Source: an uncultured Spirochaetota bacterium (lineage in GTDB: Bacteria > Spirochaetota > Brevinematia > Brevinematales > JAOACQ01). Taken from it: a DNA stretch of 64,000 bases. Where the stretch lies: the NCBI GenBank assembly GCA_963783575.1, contig CAWAOD010000005.1, positions 320,001 through 384,000 on the forward strand. Reading direction: 5' to 3'. Position numbers and translations under genes: made by a program. Below are positions 41,428 to 50,522 of this stretch, one piece after another (positions within the stretch are counted from its first letter, which is position 1; each line of letters begins with the position of its first letter). The notes below the pieces were generated by a model, which saw nothing but the letters and a program-made list of their open reading frames with translations, was not told where the DNA came from and did not search any database.

Positions 41428-41573
41428 CCTTGTTCTGGCTACGAGGAAACTGACTAAATGGAAATGTCAAGAGTTTTTCCCATACCTGTACTCGGGTAAT
41501 TTCCCACCCCTTCCACAAGAGTATTTCCCATATGCTTCACAAGAGTTTTTCCCATAGGAGGAGGCAAGAATGG

Positions 41574-42323
41574 TTACTCAACCTCTTTATTCAAATTTTG
41601 TATTCTGTAAGATTCTCCGCTCAAGTTATAAATATTTGAATGATGTAAAAGCCTATCCAGAAGAGCGGTTGTCATAATCGGGTCTCCCATCATTTCAGCC
41701 CAATCCTGAAATCCCTTATTCGATGTTATCACAATTGATGTCTTTTCATACAATTCACTTACAAGACTAAAGAATAGATTTGCCTCCTTCTTTTCGATAG
41801 GTGTGTAACCTATCTCATCAATGATTAATAAGTGTGACTTCATCATCCGGTTCAGCCTGAAAGCAGAGCTTCTCTGGATGTCCGCCGTTTTCAGAAACTT
41901 AATGAGAGTAGTCATCCTTTCAAAGCAGACAATATATCCCTTTTCAACTGCCCGGATTCCGATACTAATTGCCAGATGCGTTTTCCCCAGCCCCGGAGAC
42001 CCAAAGAACAACAGGTTATGATGATTATCAATCCAGCAGAAATCCAATAGCTGTGAAACATCCATTTTAGATATTCCATTCACTTTTTCAAAATTAAAAC
42101 CTTCCACATCTTTACGGACTGGGAAGTGTGCTCCTGCCATATTCCGCTGAAAACGTTTTTCCACTCTATAATTCAATTCCAGAGAAAGCAGCCTCTGCAG
42201 AAAACTCAGATAAGACTCTTTTGCCTTTTCAGCCTCACCAATTTCCTCATCAATCCGTTTTATCATACCATTCAACCCGAGAGTTGTAAGCGCAGTTATG
42301 ATTTGTTCTCTTATCTTCAACAT
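41574..42323 (-). CDS. istB: IS21 helper ATPase
   Basis: GSPGLGKTHLA, LLIIDEIGY, TSNK and LLDRLLHH motifs. Confidence 0.95.
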   Translation of the reverse strand: MLKIREQIITALTTLGLNGMIKRIDEEIGEAEKAKESYLSFLQRLLSLELNYRVEKRFQRNMAGAHFPVRKDVEGFNFEKVNGISKMDVSQLLDFCWIDNHHNLLFFGSPGLGKTHLAISIGIRAVEKGYIVCFERMTTLIKFLKTADIQRSSAFRLNRMMKSHLLIIDEIGYTPIEKKEANLFFSLVSELYEKTSIVITSNKGFQDWAEMMGDPIMTTALLDRLLHHSNIYNLSGESYRIQNLNKEVE

Positions 42324-43870
42324 TGCCGGCCCCCGATGGAGTCACAGAGTCTCTGGTATTTCCCGATGTCTGATTTAGCTACTTCAAGATAGTGTTCAGG
42401 ATTCACTGAAGGCCTGACAATCTTTTCAACATTCAAGGGTATTTCTGCCTTTTCTGTTATAAAACAGTTCAGGTAATTATCCCACAAATCCTTCATGGAA
42501 TAACTATCACTCTCCAGGCAGTTTGAGATCGCTTGTGTAAGCTTCCCGGTATCAATTATCTTGTCCCTGAAGTATTTTCTTCCGGAAAGACATTGGTCCC
42601 TTACATAACGATTGAACTTCCTGAAATTACATTCAAGAAAATCCTTCCAGCCGGGAATATCAAAGTACCCGCTTACTTCTTCTTTCAATAACTGCACAGT
42701 CTTTCCCATTTCCCGGATCATTGCCCTGTTGGTTACAATCTGCCCCGGAATCACTGAAAGCCGGTATTCGGCGATTTGCTCTCCCGTTATCCTGTCAAAG
42801 ACAAAAAGCCGACTGCCCGTCTTGTAGATGTCCACCGAACCGTTCCTGTATTTTTCGGGAATATCATACTGGCTTGCATCAACTGCGATCCGGCATTTAT
42901 CGCTTACACTGCGCTCTTCCCTTGCTCCTATCCTGTCTTTACGGAATATCGAATTCCTGACAGATTGGAGATATGGTCTTTCCGTTTCAATCTCTATCAG
43001 CGGTATTTTCATTGTAGCCTGGGATATTCTCCCGTTGGCTTTTCTTTCCAGCCATTTCATCAGGCTTTCTTCCGCTTCCATTAAACTGTTGAACTCCCGG
43101 ACTGAGAAGAAACCGTGCTTGATGAATTTGACTACGTTTTCAATCTTTCCCTTACTTTCCGGGTCAGCAGGTCGGCACACATACATTTTAAGACCCATTT
43201 CCCCGATGAAATACTGAAAGTCTTTCGTGTAGATGATATCGCCTGAGTTCTCACTCGCAACCATCGTGCAGTCCTGATCGATGACAAGTTCATGCGGTAT
43301 CCCGCCCATATATGCGAAACAGTCCAACAGATGATTGATCAGGTCTTCTGTCCGGAATGGCCTCTCCTGGAGGGCCGCATACTTAAAACGACTGGCGGAT
43401 AACACCGCGGCAAATATGTAATACCTTCTGCCATATCTGTCGGTATATTGACCGAAATCAAGCTGGAGCTGCTTTCCATATGGCATGTCAGGCACTTTTG
43501 TGTAATACCGGCGCTTTTCATTCAAGGTAAGCTGCCCGCTTTCAATCAGGTAATGTACGAAATTCCTCATCGTATTTTCATTCGCCGGTAGTTTGCCTTT
43601 TACCTCCAATAAATAGTCATACACAGCAGACATATTCAGCCGGATGTAATCATTCTTTTCATATACTTTCAATATGTCTGTTTTTATTCCTTCGAATTCT
43701 TTTTCACGGAAAGAGAATTCCATCAGGCTTTTCTGGTATTCGGAATCGTTCATAGCCCAATATTTTCGGACTGTCTTAATATCTATTGACAGTTCCCGGG
43801 ATACACCATTTTTACTTTTCCCCAAAAGTTTCAGTTTTTTTATGTCCTGATACATAATATTTTTCACCAT
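42317..43870 (-). CDS. istA: IS21 transposase
   Basis: N-terminal HTH; QLDFG, LVIDQD and PESKGKIENVVK motifs. Confidence 0.93.
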   Translation of the reverse strand: MVKNIMYQDIKKLKLLGKSKNGVSRELSIDIKTVRKYWAMNDSEYQKSLMEFSFREKEFEGIKTDILKVYEKNDYIRLNMSAVYDYLLEVKGKLPANENTMRNFVHYLIESGQLTLNEKRRYYTKVPDMPYGKQLQLDFGQYTDRYGRRYYIFAAVLSASRFKYAALQERPFRTEDLINHLLDCFAYMGGIPHELVIDQDCTMVASENSGDIIYTKDFQYFIGEMGLKMYVCRPADPESKGKIENVVKFIKHGFFSVREFNSLMEAEESLMKWLERKANGRISQATMKIPLIEIETERPYLQSVRNSIFRKDRIGAREERSVSDKCRIAVDASQYDIPEKYRNGSVDIYKTGSRLFVFDRITGEQIAEYRLSVIPGQIVTNRAMIREMGKTVQLLKEEVSGYFDIPGWKDFLECNFRKFNRYVRDQCLSGRKYFRDKIIDTGKLTQAISNCLESDSYSMKDLWDNYLNCFITEKAEIPLNVEKIVRPSVNPEHYLEVAKSDIGKYQRLCDSIGGRQC

Positions 43871-44111
43871 TCCTGCCTTCCTTTAATGAATTTTCATTAA
43901 AGGTAATCTTCAAGCCTCTCTATGGGAAATCTGTTTGTGACAGGTATGGGAATTTCATTTATTGCTACCCTGGTAAATTAGTTTATCATTCCACCATGAT
44001 ATTTTATCAATTACAATAATCCTGTGCAGTACGCCAGTACTGCTGGCGACACGAGGTCGCACGGCTTTACGGCAACTATTGTTTGAAAAGAACCTTATGG
44101 GTCAAATTGAT

Positions 44112-44140
44112 TTGAAAACTTTTATGTTTAGTTCTATAAT
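44112..44140 (+). promoter_or_regulatory. Outward-facing promoter in the right arm of element X copy 1
   Basis: TTGAAA-17nt-TATAAT; identical at 47609-47637. Confidence 0.6.
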
Positions 44141-44467
44141 GAAACAATAAGTGTTTCGTCAGGAATAAAAGTGTTACCATTGTCTTGACGCATATGTGTT
44201 ACCCATGTCTTGAAGTCGGAACGGCGCTTTAGTGTTTAAAAAGTCCGCCGTCCTTGACGGAATTAAAAAATAGATTATTAATGGTTGGAATCGGTTGAAA
44301 TGAGTGGAAAGATGTTCATCAGATAATTTTTTTTCTGAGATTATGAAATTTTTAATACCCCTAGATTAATACCCCTAGATATTATTGTTATAGTCTGTTA
44401 TACTTGACAACTAGTGATACCAGAAGTAATTTCTCTCATAATTTAAAGACTCTTTTAGGAGGCAGTT

Positions 44468-45037
44468 ATGAGAAGTTTGATTGAGGCAACCTTTATGAGC
44501 ATCGATGGTGTTATTGATGCTCCAAAATTAGTAGAAGAGGCACAACCGTATTGGCTAAAAGACGAGGAAAATGCAAAGTATTCCTACAATCTCCTATTCA
44601 ATGCTGACGCATTACTTCTCGGCCGAAAAACGTATGAAGTTTTCGCAAAAGCATATCCAAATATGGCAAGTTCAACACCCGAAGTTCAGAAAGATTTTGT
44701 GGATCGTATGAATACTATCCCAAAATATGTTGCCTCAACAACCCTTACTCAGACAATATGGAATGCATCTATCATCAAAGACAATATTGCCGAAGAAGTC
44801 TTCAAGCTAAAACAGCAATCAGGCCAAAACATTCTGAAATACGGAACCGGTATACTTGACCATTTGCTGATAGAACATAACTTGATCGATTTTTTATATA
44901 TTTATTTGTATCCTTTCGTCTTTGGGCATGGTATAAGGCTCTTTGAAGACATAAGAGCAAGTAAGCATCTGAAACTTGTTGAAACTACAACTTTCAAGAG
45001 CGGCACTTTGATCCTTAAGTATAGTTGCAAGACATAG
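44468..45037 (+). CDS. Dihydrofolate reductase family / RibD C-terminal domain protein
   Basis: MSIDGVI, LLLGRKTYE, PKYVASTTL and FGHGIRLF motifs; AGGAGG RBS. Confidence 0.9.
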   Translation: MRSLIEATFMSIDGVIDAPKLVEEAQPYWLKDEENAKYSYNLLFNADALLLGRKTYEVFAKAYPNMASSTPEVQKDFVDRMNTIPKYVASTTLTQTIWNASIIKDNIAEEVFKLKQQSGQNILKYGTGILDHLLIEHNLIDFLYIYLYPFVFGHGIRLFEDIRASKHLKLVETTTFKSGTLILKYSCKT

Positions 45038-45377
45038 CGGCTTCAATAATAAAAATGTTATTACCATTTCAAACGGCATCCATGCCGTTTTTGTACTGAC
45101 TTTTGCCAAGCCCTTTGTCTAACAGCCTTGTAGAAAAAGTCTAATTTATATCCATACAGTTCTAAAAAATTTCATTAGCCGGAAAACACCGATTTTCTAT
45201 ATGTTGAGAAGATACTGCTTAAATGCCCCCGCAGTATGAGCGCCATTTCTGATTGAGCTTCACTCTAATCAAAGGGAATCTTGGTATAACAACCGTTGTT
45301 ATTTCCCTATAATGAGCAATCGACTTTTTCAAATTTCGCGGACAGGAAGTCCGCGACCTAAGCCTGCCCTGAGTTTG

Positions 45378-45476
45378 CAGACTGTGTGAAAACTCGGCTT
45401 TTTGAAGCGTAATTCTATATTTTCCGTTTTGTAACTTCTATAAATACATAATGAAAAATTGTTTTCACACAGCCTG
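45378..45476. mobile_element. 99-bp MITE sharing ends with the local IS1182
   Basis: CAGACTGTGTGAAAAC ... GTTTTCACACAGCCTG, flanked by TTG direct repeats. Confidence 0.9.
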
Positions 45477-45783
45477 TTGACGAAGGGAGCGCAGCAGGAC
45501 TGCAAAGTGAGGCTCTTTAATTATGAGAAAATCTTTAATAAAACCCGGAATAACAACACCTCATTGAATAGGCACAAGGATGTGCCATGACAAATTTACT
45601 TTGATTACACAGGCAGCAGAACGGTTTGCTCGCTTATAAGCTTGGGAAGTTCTGCCAGCAACACGATGTTGCAGAAATGGCGTTAATGCGTAGGGGTGGT
45701 TCTTTCTTCGCATACCTTCTTCCTTGCCATCAAGAAAGAAGGTGTGAAAGCCAGATTTGGAGCAAGAGCCTGCCCTGAGCTTG

Positions 45784-47474
45784 CAGACTGTGTGAAAACT
45801 CAGTAAAATTTTATAGTAAAATCGATTAATTATACAAAGACTCCATTTTTTGATATATTTTTCAAGCTAAAAAAATCTTAGTTTAAAAAATCTATCCGAA
45901 TACGATAAACGATGGTTTATTAGCATCAAACCAGAGTCATAAGTCTCTTTATTCCCAATATATTCAATACTTTTATTAAATTATGAATGAATCCTGCCAA
46001 ACTGGATTCCGTCAGAACGCCATCCTTTCCCTTCATTAAAAAATAACTGTAACCCATATTCCTTTTTATCGATCCAAATGGATGTTCACATATCTCTTTC
46101 CTTTTCTCTATGATCTTTTTCCCGGCTTCAGAACGAATTTTCCTCTTGAAGTTCTCAATTTCTTCTTTTCTAACTGGTACTTTGATACTTCGTCCTTCCA
46201 CGCTTTCAGTACACTTATTTCTTACTTCACATTGGCTGCATAAGCCGCACTTGTACCTGACTATCTCTTTTCCTCCATTGACCTTCTCTACTTTTTTCCC
46301 ATTTCTCACTAATGGGTTTCCCTCCGGACAATAATAAACATTTTGTCCCGGATCATATTTGAATTTATCAACCTGGTATTCTTCAGCAGGTACTCCTTTA
46401 TTATCTTCTTTGCCTCGAATCCTTGCCTTATGTCCGTCATCCGGATTCGGCATATATACGTTATGTCCCTTATCTATACATTCCAGTATCTGCGGTTCGC
46501 TGTAATAACCGGCATCCGATACTTTGACCGTTTCAGTCTCTACCTTAAGCTCGTCCTTTATTTCTTCTACTCGGTCACACATTCCTGCCATCTGTTTGAT
46601 ATCATTGTTTTCATTCGTCACATCAATCACCACAATCAGTTTATTCGCATCATCTACTGCCATCTGCAGATTATATGCAATGTCGGATTTCCCTTTATCA
46701 TTCATAAACCGGCTTTCCGGGTCATTTGAATAATATTTCTCCATTTCAGGATTTCCCTCAAAAATCTTTTTAATAGCCTCAACTTTATCCTTTTTTGTTT
46801 TCATTTTCTTTAAACGTTCCGCTATCTTTCCGGAAAGAAATTCAAATTCATTCTTTTCTTCCTTATCGTTCTTATCCATCTCATTCAAATATTCTTCGAT
46901 CTTTTGATCTATTCTATGTATGATTTCTTCTATGTTTTTCCTATGATAAACATTGTTATTGTGGTTTTGCGCACTGATCTTGGTTCCATCAATTCCAACA
47001 ACGTCAAATGATAAAAGCCCGGCTTTATGACATATCTTCAAAAATTCTCTGAATATCGACTGTATTCCCTTCTTATTATCTTTCCTGAAGTCGGCAATCG
47101 TCTTGAAATCCGGCGCTAGTCGTCCAGTCAGCCACATCAACTCTGTGTTTCTTCGGCACTCTCTCTCTAATTTCCTGCTTGTCCTGATTTTATTCAAATA
47201 TCCGTAAATATAGATTTTTAAAAGTATTTCGGATTTATATGAACTTCTGCCGGTTGATGCTTCTTTTACTTTAAAACCAACTCCTTTCATATTTAGCTTA
47301 TCAACAAAAATATCTATAAACCTTACCGGATCTTCTTCTCCTAACAGATCTTCCAGTGTTTCATTGAACAGAACTATCTGATCCCTTGATTCTCCCTCAA
47401 TATGCTTCATCTTTTACTCCGATTATTTTTGTTCTAATAATTATAGCATATTTACTGTGTTTTCACACAGTCTG
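45784..47474 (-). mobile_element. IS1182-family element copy 1 (1691 bp)
   Basis: TIR CAGACTGTGTGAAAAC(T/A)CAGTAAA, 24 bp with one mismatch; TTG duplication. Confidence 0.95.
45926..47410 (-). CDS. IS1182-family transposase
   Basis: PDFKTIADFRK, IDGTKI, DAGYYS, YYCPEG and EHPFGSIK motifs. Confidence 0.95.
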   Translation of the reverse strand: MKHIEGESRDQIVLFNETLEDLLGEEDPVRFIDIFVDKLNMKGVGFKVKEASTGRSSYKSEILLKIYIYGYLNKIRTSRKLERECRRNTELMWLTGRLAPDFKTIADFRKDNKKGIQSIFREFLKICHKAGLLSFDVVGIDGTKISAQNHNNNVYHRKNIEEIIHRIDQKIEEYLNEMDKNDKEEKNEFEFLSGKIAERLKKMKTKKDKVEAIKKIFEGNPEMEKYYSNDPESRFMNDKGKSDIAYNLQMAVDDANKLIVVIDVTNENNDIKQMAGMCDRVEEIKDELKVETETVKVSDAGYYSEPQILECIDKGHNVYMPNPDDGHKARIRGKEDNKGVPAEEYQVDKFKYDPGQNVYYCPEGNPLVRNGKKVEKVNGGKEIVRYKCGLCSQCEVRNKCTESVEGRSIKVPVRKEEIENFKRKIRSEAGKKIIEKRKEICEHPFGSIKRNMGYSYFLMKGKDGVLTESSLAGFIHNLIKVLNILGIKRLMTLV

Positions 47475-47712
47475 TTGACGAAGGGATGCTCCATGATATT
47501 TTTTCAATTACAATAATCCTGTGAAGTACGCCAGTACTGCTGGCGACACGAGGTCGCACGGCTTTACGGCAAATATGGTTTAAAAAGAATCTTATGGATC
47601 AGATTGATTTGAAAACTTTTATGTTTAGTTCTATAATGAAACAATAACTTGTTTTAGGAATAAAAGTGTTACCCATGTCTTGAGGTCGGACCCTATCAGC
47701 CTTTAGTTTAAT

Positions 47713-47741
47713 TTGACATTACACATTGTATTGTGTATAAT
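47713..47741 (+). promoter_or_regulatory. vapBC promoter with overlapping operator
   Basis: Consensus TTGACA-17nt-TATAAT, with inverted repeat TACACA-6nt-TGTGTA between the boxes. Confidence 0.8.
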
Positions 47742-47762
47742 AATGTATATTTGGAGGTAATT

Positions 47763-47969
47763 ATGGCAACTAATTTAAACATTGATATAGAGTTATTAGA
47801 TGCGGCATATGATATTAGCGGATTGAAAACAAAAAAAGAAACAGTGAACTTAGCTTTAAAAGAATTTATTCAGCGGCATAAACAAAAAGAAATACTAAAA
47901 TTTTTAAACAAGATTGATTATGATGACTCCTATGACTATAAAAATGAAAGAAATAGGATTCAAAAATGA
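47763..47969 (+). CDS. vapB: Type II antitoxin, VapB family
   Basis: MATNLNID...GLKTKKETVNLALKEF; overlaps the toxin start (ATGA). Confidence 0.88.
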   Translation: MATNLNIDIELLDAAYDISGLKTKKETVNLALKEFIQRHKQKEILKFLNKIDYDDSYDYKNERNRIQK

Positions 47970-48397
47970 AGATTTTAGTTGATACATCTGTTTGGTCTGA
48001 AGCATTACGAAGAAAAGATAGTTCTTTAAAATCAGAAGATACTTTCATTTACCAACTTGTTACAAACGATGAAATAGTTATTTTAACTGGAATAATATTA
48101 CAAGAAATATTAACAGGTATAAATAGTAATAAACTTTTTCATAATATTCAAAATACCCTGAGAGATTTTAGTTTTATAGAACCAGGAATTGAAGATTATA
48201 TTTATGCCGCTGAATTGAAAAACAAGTTGATGAAAAAAGGTATAAATGCAGGGTCAATAGATTTTCTTATTGCAAGTATTGCAATAAATAATGAACTATA
48301 TCTTGCAACTTATGATAATGATTTTGATAATATTTCCAAAAATAGCAATTTAAAAGTAATTACTCAAGAAAATTATAAGAATATGAAGAAATTTTAA
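47966..48397 (+). CDS. vapC: PIN-domain toxin, VapC family
   Basis: ILVDTSVW, QEILTG, DFLIA and TYDNDF motifs. Confidence 0.9.
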   Translation: MKILVDTSVWSEALRRKDSSLKSEDTFIYQLVTNDEIVILTGIILQEILTGINSNKLFHNIQNTLRDFSFIEPGIEDYIYAAELKNKLMKKGINAGSIDFLIASIAINNELYLATYDNDFDNISKNSNLKVITQENYKNMKKF

Positions 48398-48679
48398 ATA
48401 AACAGGCGGTAAAACGTGGCACAACGGCCTAGTAGAAAAAGTCTGGTTTACATCCATCCGGTTCTAAAAATTTTATTAGCCGGATAGCAGAAATTTTCTA
48501 TATGTTGAAAAGATACTGCTTAAGTGCCCCCCGCAGTATGAGCGCCATTTCTGACTAATCTTCACTCTGATCAAAGGGAATCTTGGTATAACAACCGTTG
48601 TTATTTCCCTATAATGATCAATCGACCTTTTCGTATTTCGCGGACAGGAAGTCCGCGACCTAAGCCTGCCCTGAGTTTG

Positions 48680-50370
48680 CAGACTGTGTGAAAACTCAGT
48701 AAAATTTTATAGTAAAATCGATTAATTATACAAAAACTCCATTTTTTGATATATTTTTCAAGCTAAAAAAATCTTAGTTTAAAAAATCTATCCGAATACG
48801 ATAAACGATGGTTTATTAGCATCAAACCAGAGTCATAAGTCTCTTTATTCCCAATATATTCAATACTTTTATTAAATTATGAATGAATCCTGCCAAACTG
48901 GATTCCGTCAGAACGCCATCCTTTCCCTTCATTAAAAAATAACTGTAACCCATATTCCTTTTTATCGATCCAAATGGATGTTCACATATCTCTTTCCTTT
49001 TCTCTATGATCTTTTTCCCGGCTTCAGAACGAATTTTCCTCTTGAAGTTCTCAATTTCTTCTTTTCTAACTGGTACTTTGATACTTCGTCCTTCCACGCT
49101 TTCAGTACACTTATTTCTTACTTCACATTGGCTGCATAAGCCGCACTTGTACCTGACTATCTCTTTTCCTCCATTGACCTTCTCTACTTTTTTCCCATTT
49201 CTCACTAATGGGTTTCCCTCCGGACAATAATAAACATTTTGTCCCGGATCATATTTGAATTTATCAACCTGGTATTCTTCAGCAGGTACTCCTTTATTAT
49301 CTTCTTTGCCTCGAATCCTTGCCTTATGTCCGTCATCCGGATTCGGCATATATACGTTATGTCCCTTATCTATACATTCCAGTATCTGCGGTTCGCTGTA
49401 ATAACCGGCATCCGATACTTTGACCGTTTCAGTCTCTACCTTAAGCTCGTCCTTTATTTCTTCTACTCGGTCACACATTCCTGCCATCTGTTTGATATCA
49501 TTGTTTTCATTCGTCACATCAATCACCACAATCAGTTTATTCGCATCATCTACTGCCATCTGCAGATTATATGCAATGTCGGATTTCCCTTTATCATTCA
49601 TAAACCGGCTTTCCGGGTCATTTGAATAATATTTCTCCATTTCAGGATTTCCCTCAAAAATCTTTTTAATAGCCTCAACTTTATCCTTTTTTGTTTTCAT
49701 TTTCTTTAAACGTTCCGCTATCTTTCCGGAAAGAAATTCAAATTCATTCTTTTCTTCCTTATCGTTCTTATCCATCTCATTCAAATATTCTTCGATCTTT
49801 TGATCTATTCTATGTATGATTTCTTCTATGTTTTTCCTATGATAAACATTGTTATTGTGGTTTTGCGCACTGATCTTGGTTCCATCAATTCCAACAACGT
49901 CAAATGATAAAAGCCCGGCTTTATGACATATCTTCAAAAATTCTCTGAATATCGACTGTATTCCCTTCTTATTATCTTTCCTGAAGTCGGCAATCGTCTT
50001 GAAATCCGGCGCTAGTCGTCCAGTCAGCCACATCAACTCTGTGTTTCTTCGGCACTCTCTCTCTAATTTCCTGCTTGTCCTGATTTTATTCAAATATCCG
50101 TAAATATAGATTTTTAAAAGTATTTCGGATTTATATGAACTTCTGCCGGTTGATGCTTCTTTTACTTTAAAACCAACTCCTTTCATATTTAGCTTATCAA
50201 CAAAAATATCTATAAACCTTACCGGATCTTCTTCTCCTAACAGATCTTCCAGTGTTTCATTGAACAGAACTATCTGATCCCTTGATTCTCCCTCAATATG
50301 CTTCATCTTTTACTCCGATTATTTTTGTTCTAATAATTATAGCATATTTACTGTGTTTTCACACAGTCTG
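48680..50370 (-). mobile_element. IS1182-family element copy 2 (1691 bp)
   Basis: Nearly identical to 45784-47474; same TIRs and TTG flanks. Confidence 0.95.
48822..50306 (-). CDS. IS1182-family transposase
   Basis: Protein identical to 45926-47410. Confidence 0.95.
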   Translation of the reverse strand: MKHIEGESRDQIVLFNETLEDLLGEEDPVRFIDIFVDKLNMKGVGFKVKEASTGRSSYKSEILLKIYIYGYLNKIRTSRKLERECRRNTELMWLTGRLAPDFKTIADFRKDNKKGIQSIFREFLKICHKAGLLSFDVVGIDGTKISAQNHNNNVYHRKNIEEIIHRIDQKIEEYLNEMDKNDKEEKNEFEFLSGKIAERLKKMKTKKDKVEAIKKIFEGNPEMEKYYSNDPESRFMNDKGKSDIAYNLQMAVDDANKLIVVIDVTNENNDIKQMAGMCDRVEEIKDELKVETETVKVSDAGYYSEPQILECIDKGHNVYMPNPDDGHKARIRGKEDNKGVPAEEYQVDKFKYDPGQNVYYCPEGNPLVRNGKKVEKVNGGKEIVRYKCGLCSQCEVRNKCTESVEGRSIKVPVRKEEIENFKRKIRSEAGKKIIEKRKEICEHPFGSIKRNMGYSYFLMKGKDGVLTESSLAGFIHNLIKVLNILGIKRLMTLV

Positions 50371-50522
50371 TTGACGAAGGGATGCTCCATGATATTTTTT
50401 CAATTACAATAATCCTGTGCAGTACGCCAGTACTGCTGGCGACACGAGGTCGCTCGGCTTTGCGGCAACTAAGCCTCGATTGTTGTAAAAATGATAGAAG
50501 AATAACACTACAAGGAAATGGT

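Larger units (their letters stand above)
41459..43993 (-). mobile_element. IS21-family insertion sequence
   Basis: istA-istB pair; TGGAA...TTCCA termini; multiple subterminal TTCCCATA/TATGGGAA repeats; no target duplication visible; ends approximate. Confidence 0.85.
39959..44222 (+). repeat. Element X copy 1: left end from 39959, right arm 43994-44222, interrupted by IS4 and IS21
   Basis: Left end CAGCCTTATAGAAAAAGTC; right arm CCATGATATTTT...GGCGACACGAGGTCGC...GTGTTACCCATGTCTTGA shared with copy 2 and partly with copy 3. Confidence 0.75.
45123..47691 (+). repeat. Element X copy 2 (most complete; about 770 bp after removing the MITE and IS1182)
   Basis: 45123-45377 aligns with 48425-48679; 47475-47690 aligns with 43994-44220 and 50371-50470; many internal inverted repeats. 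Confidence 0.85.
48425..50470 (+). repeat. Element X copy 3 (central part missing, IS1182 inserted)
   Basis: The left arm ends at the first REP half-site and the right arm resumes at the second REP half-site of copy 2. Confidence 0.85.

Noticed and set aside
44352..44379. 14-bp tandem duplication TTAATACCCCTAGA
   Set aside because: Only two copies; most simply a slippage or excision footprint, with no function supportable.
45123..47691. Element X as an attC-targeting group IIC intron
   Set aside because: I found no recognisable domain V or group II boundary motifs at the junctions, and no reverse transcriptase.
50382..50522. N-terminal extension of ORF 50382-50855
   Set aside because: It is a translation of the non-coding right arm of X; the likely start is ATG 50523 after an AAGGA RBS-like motif.
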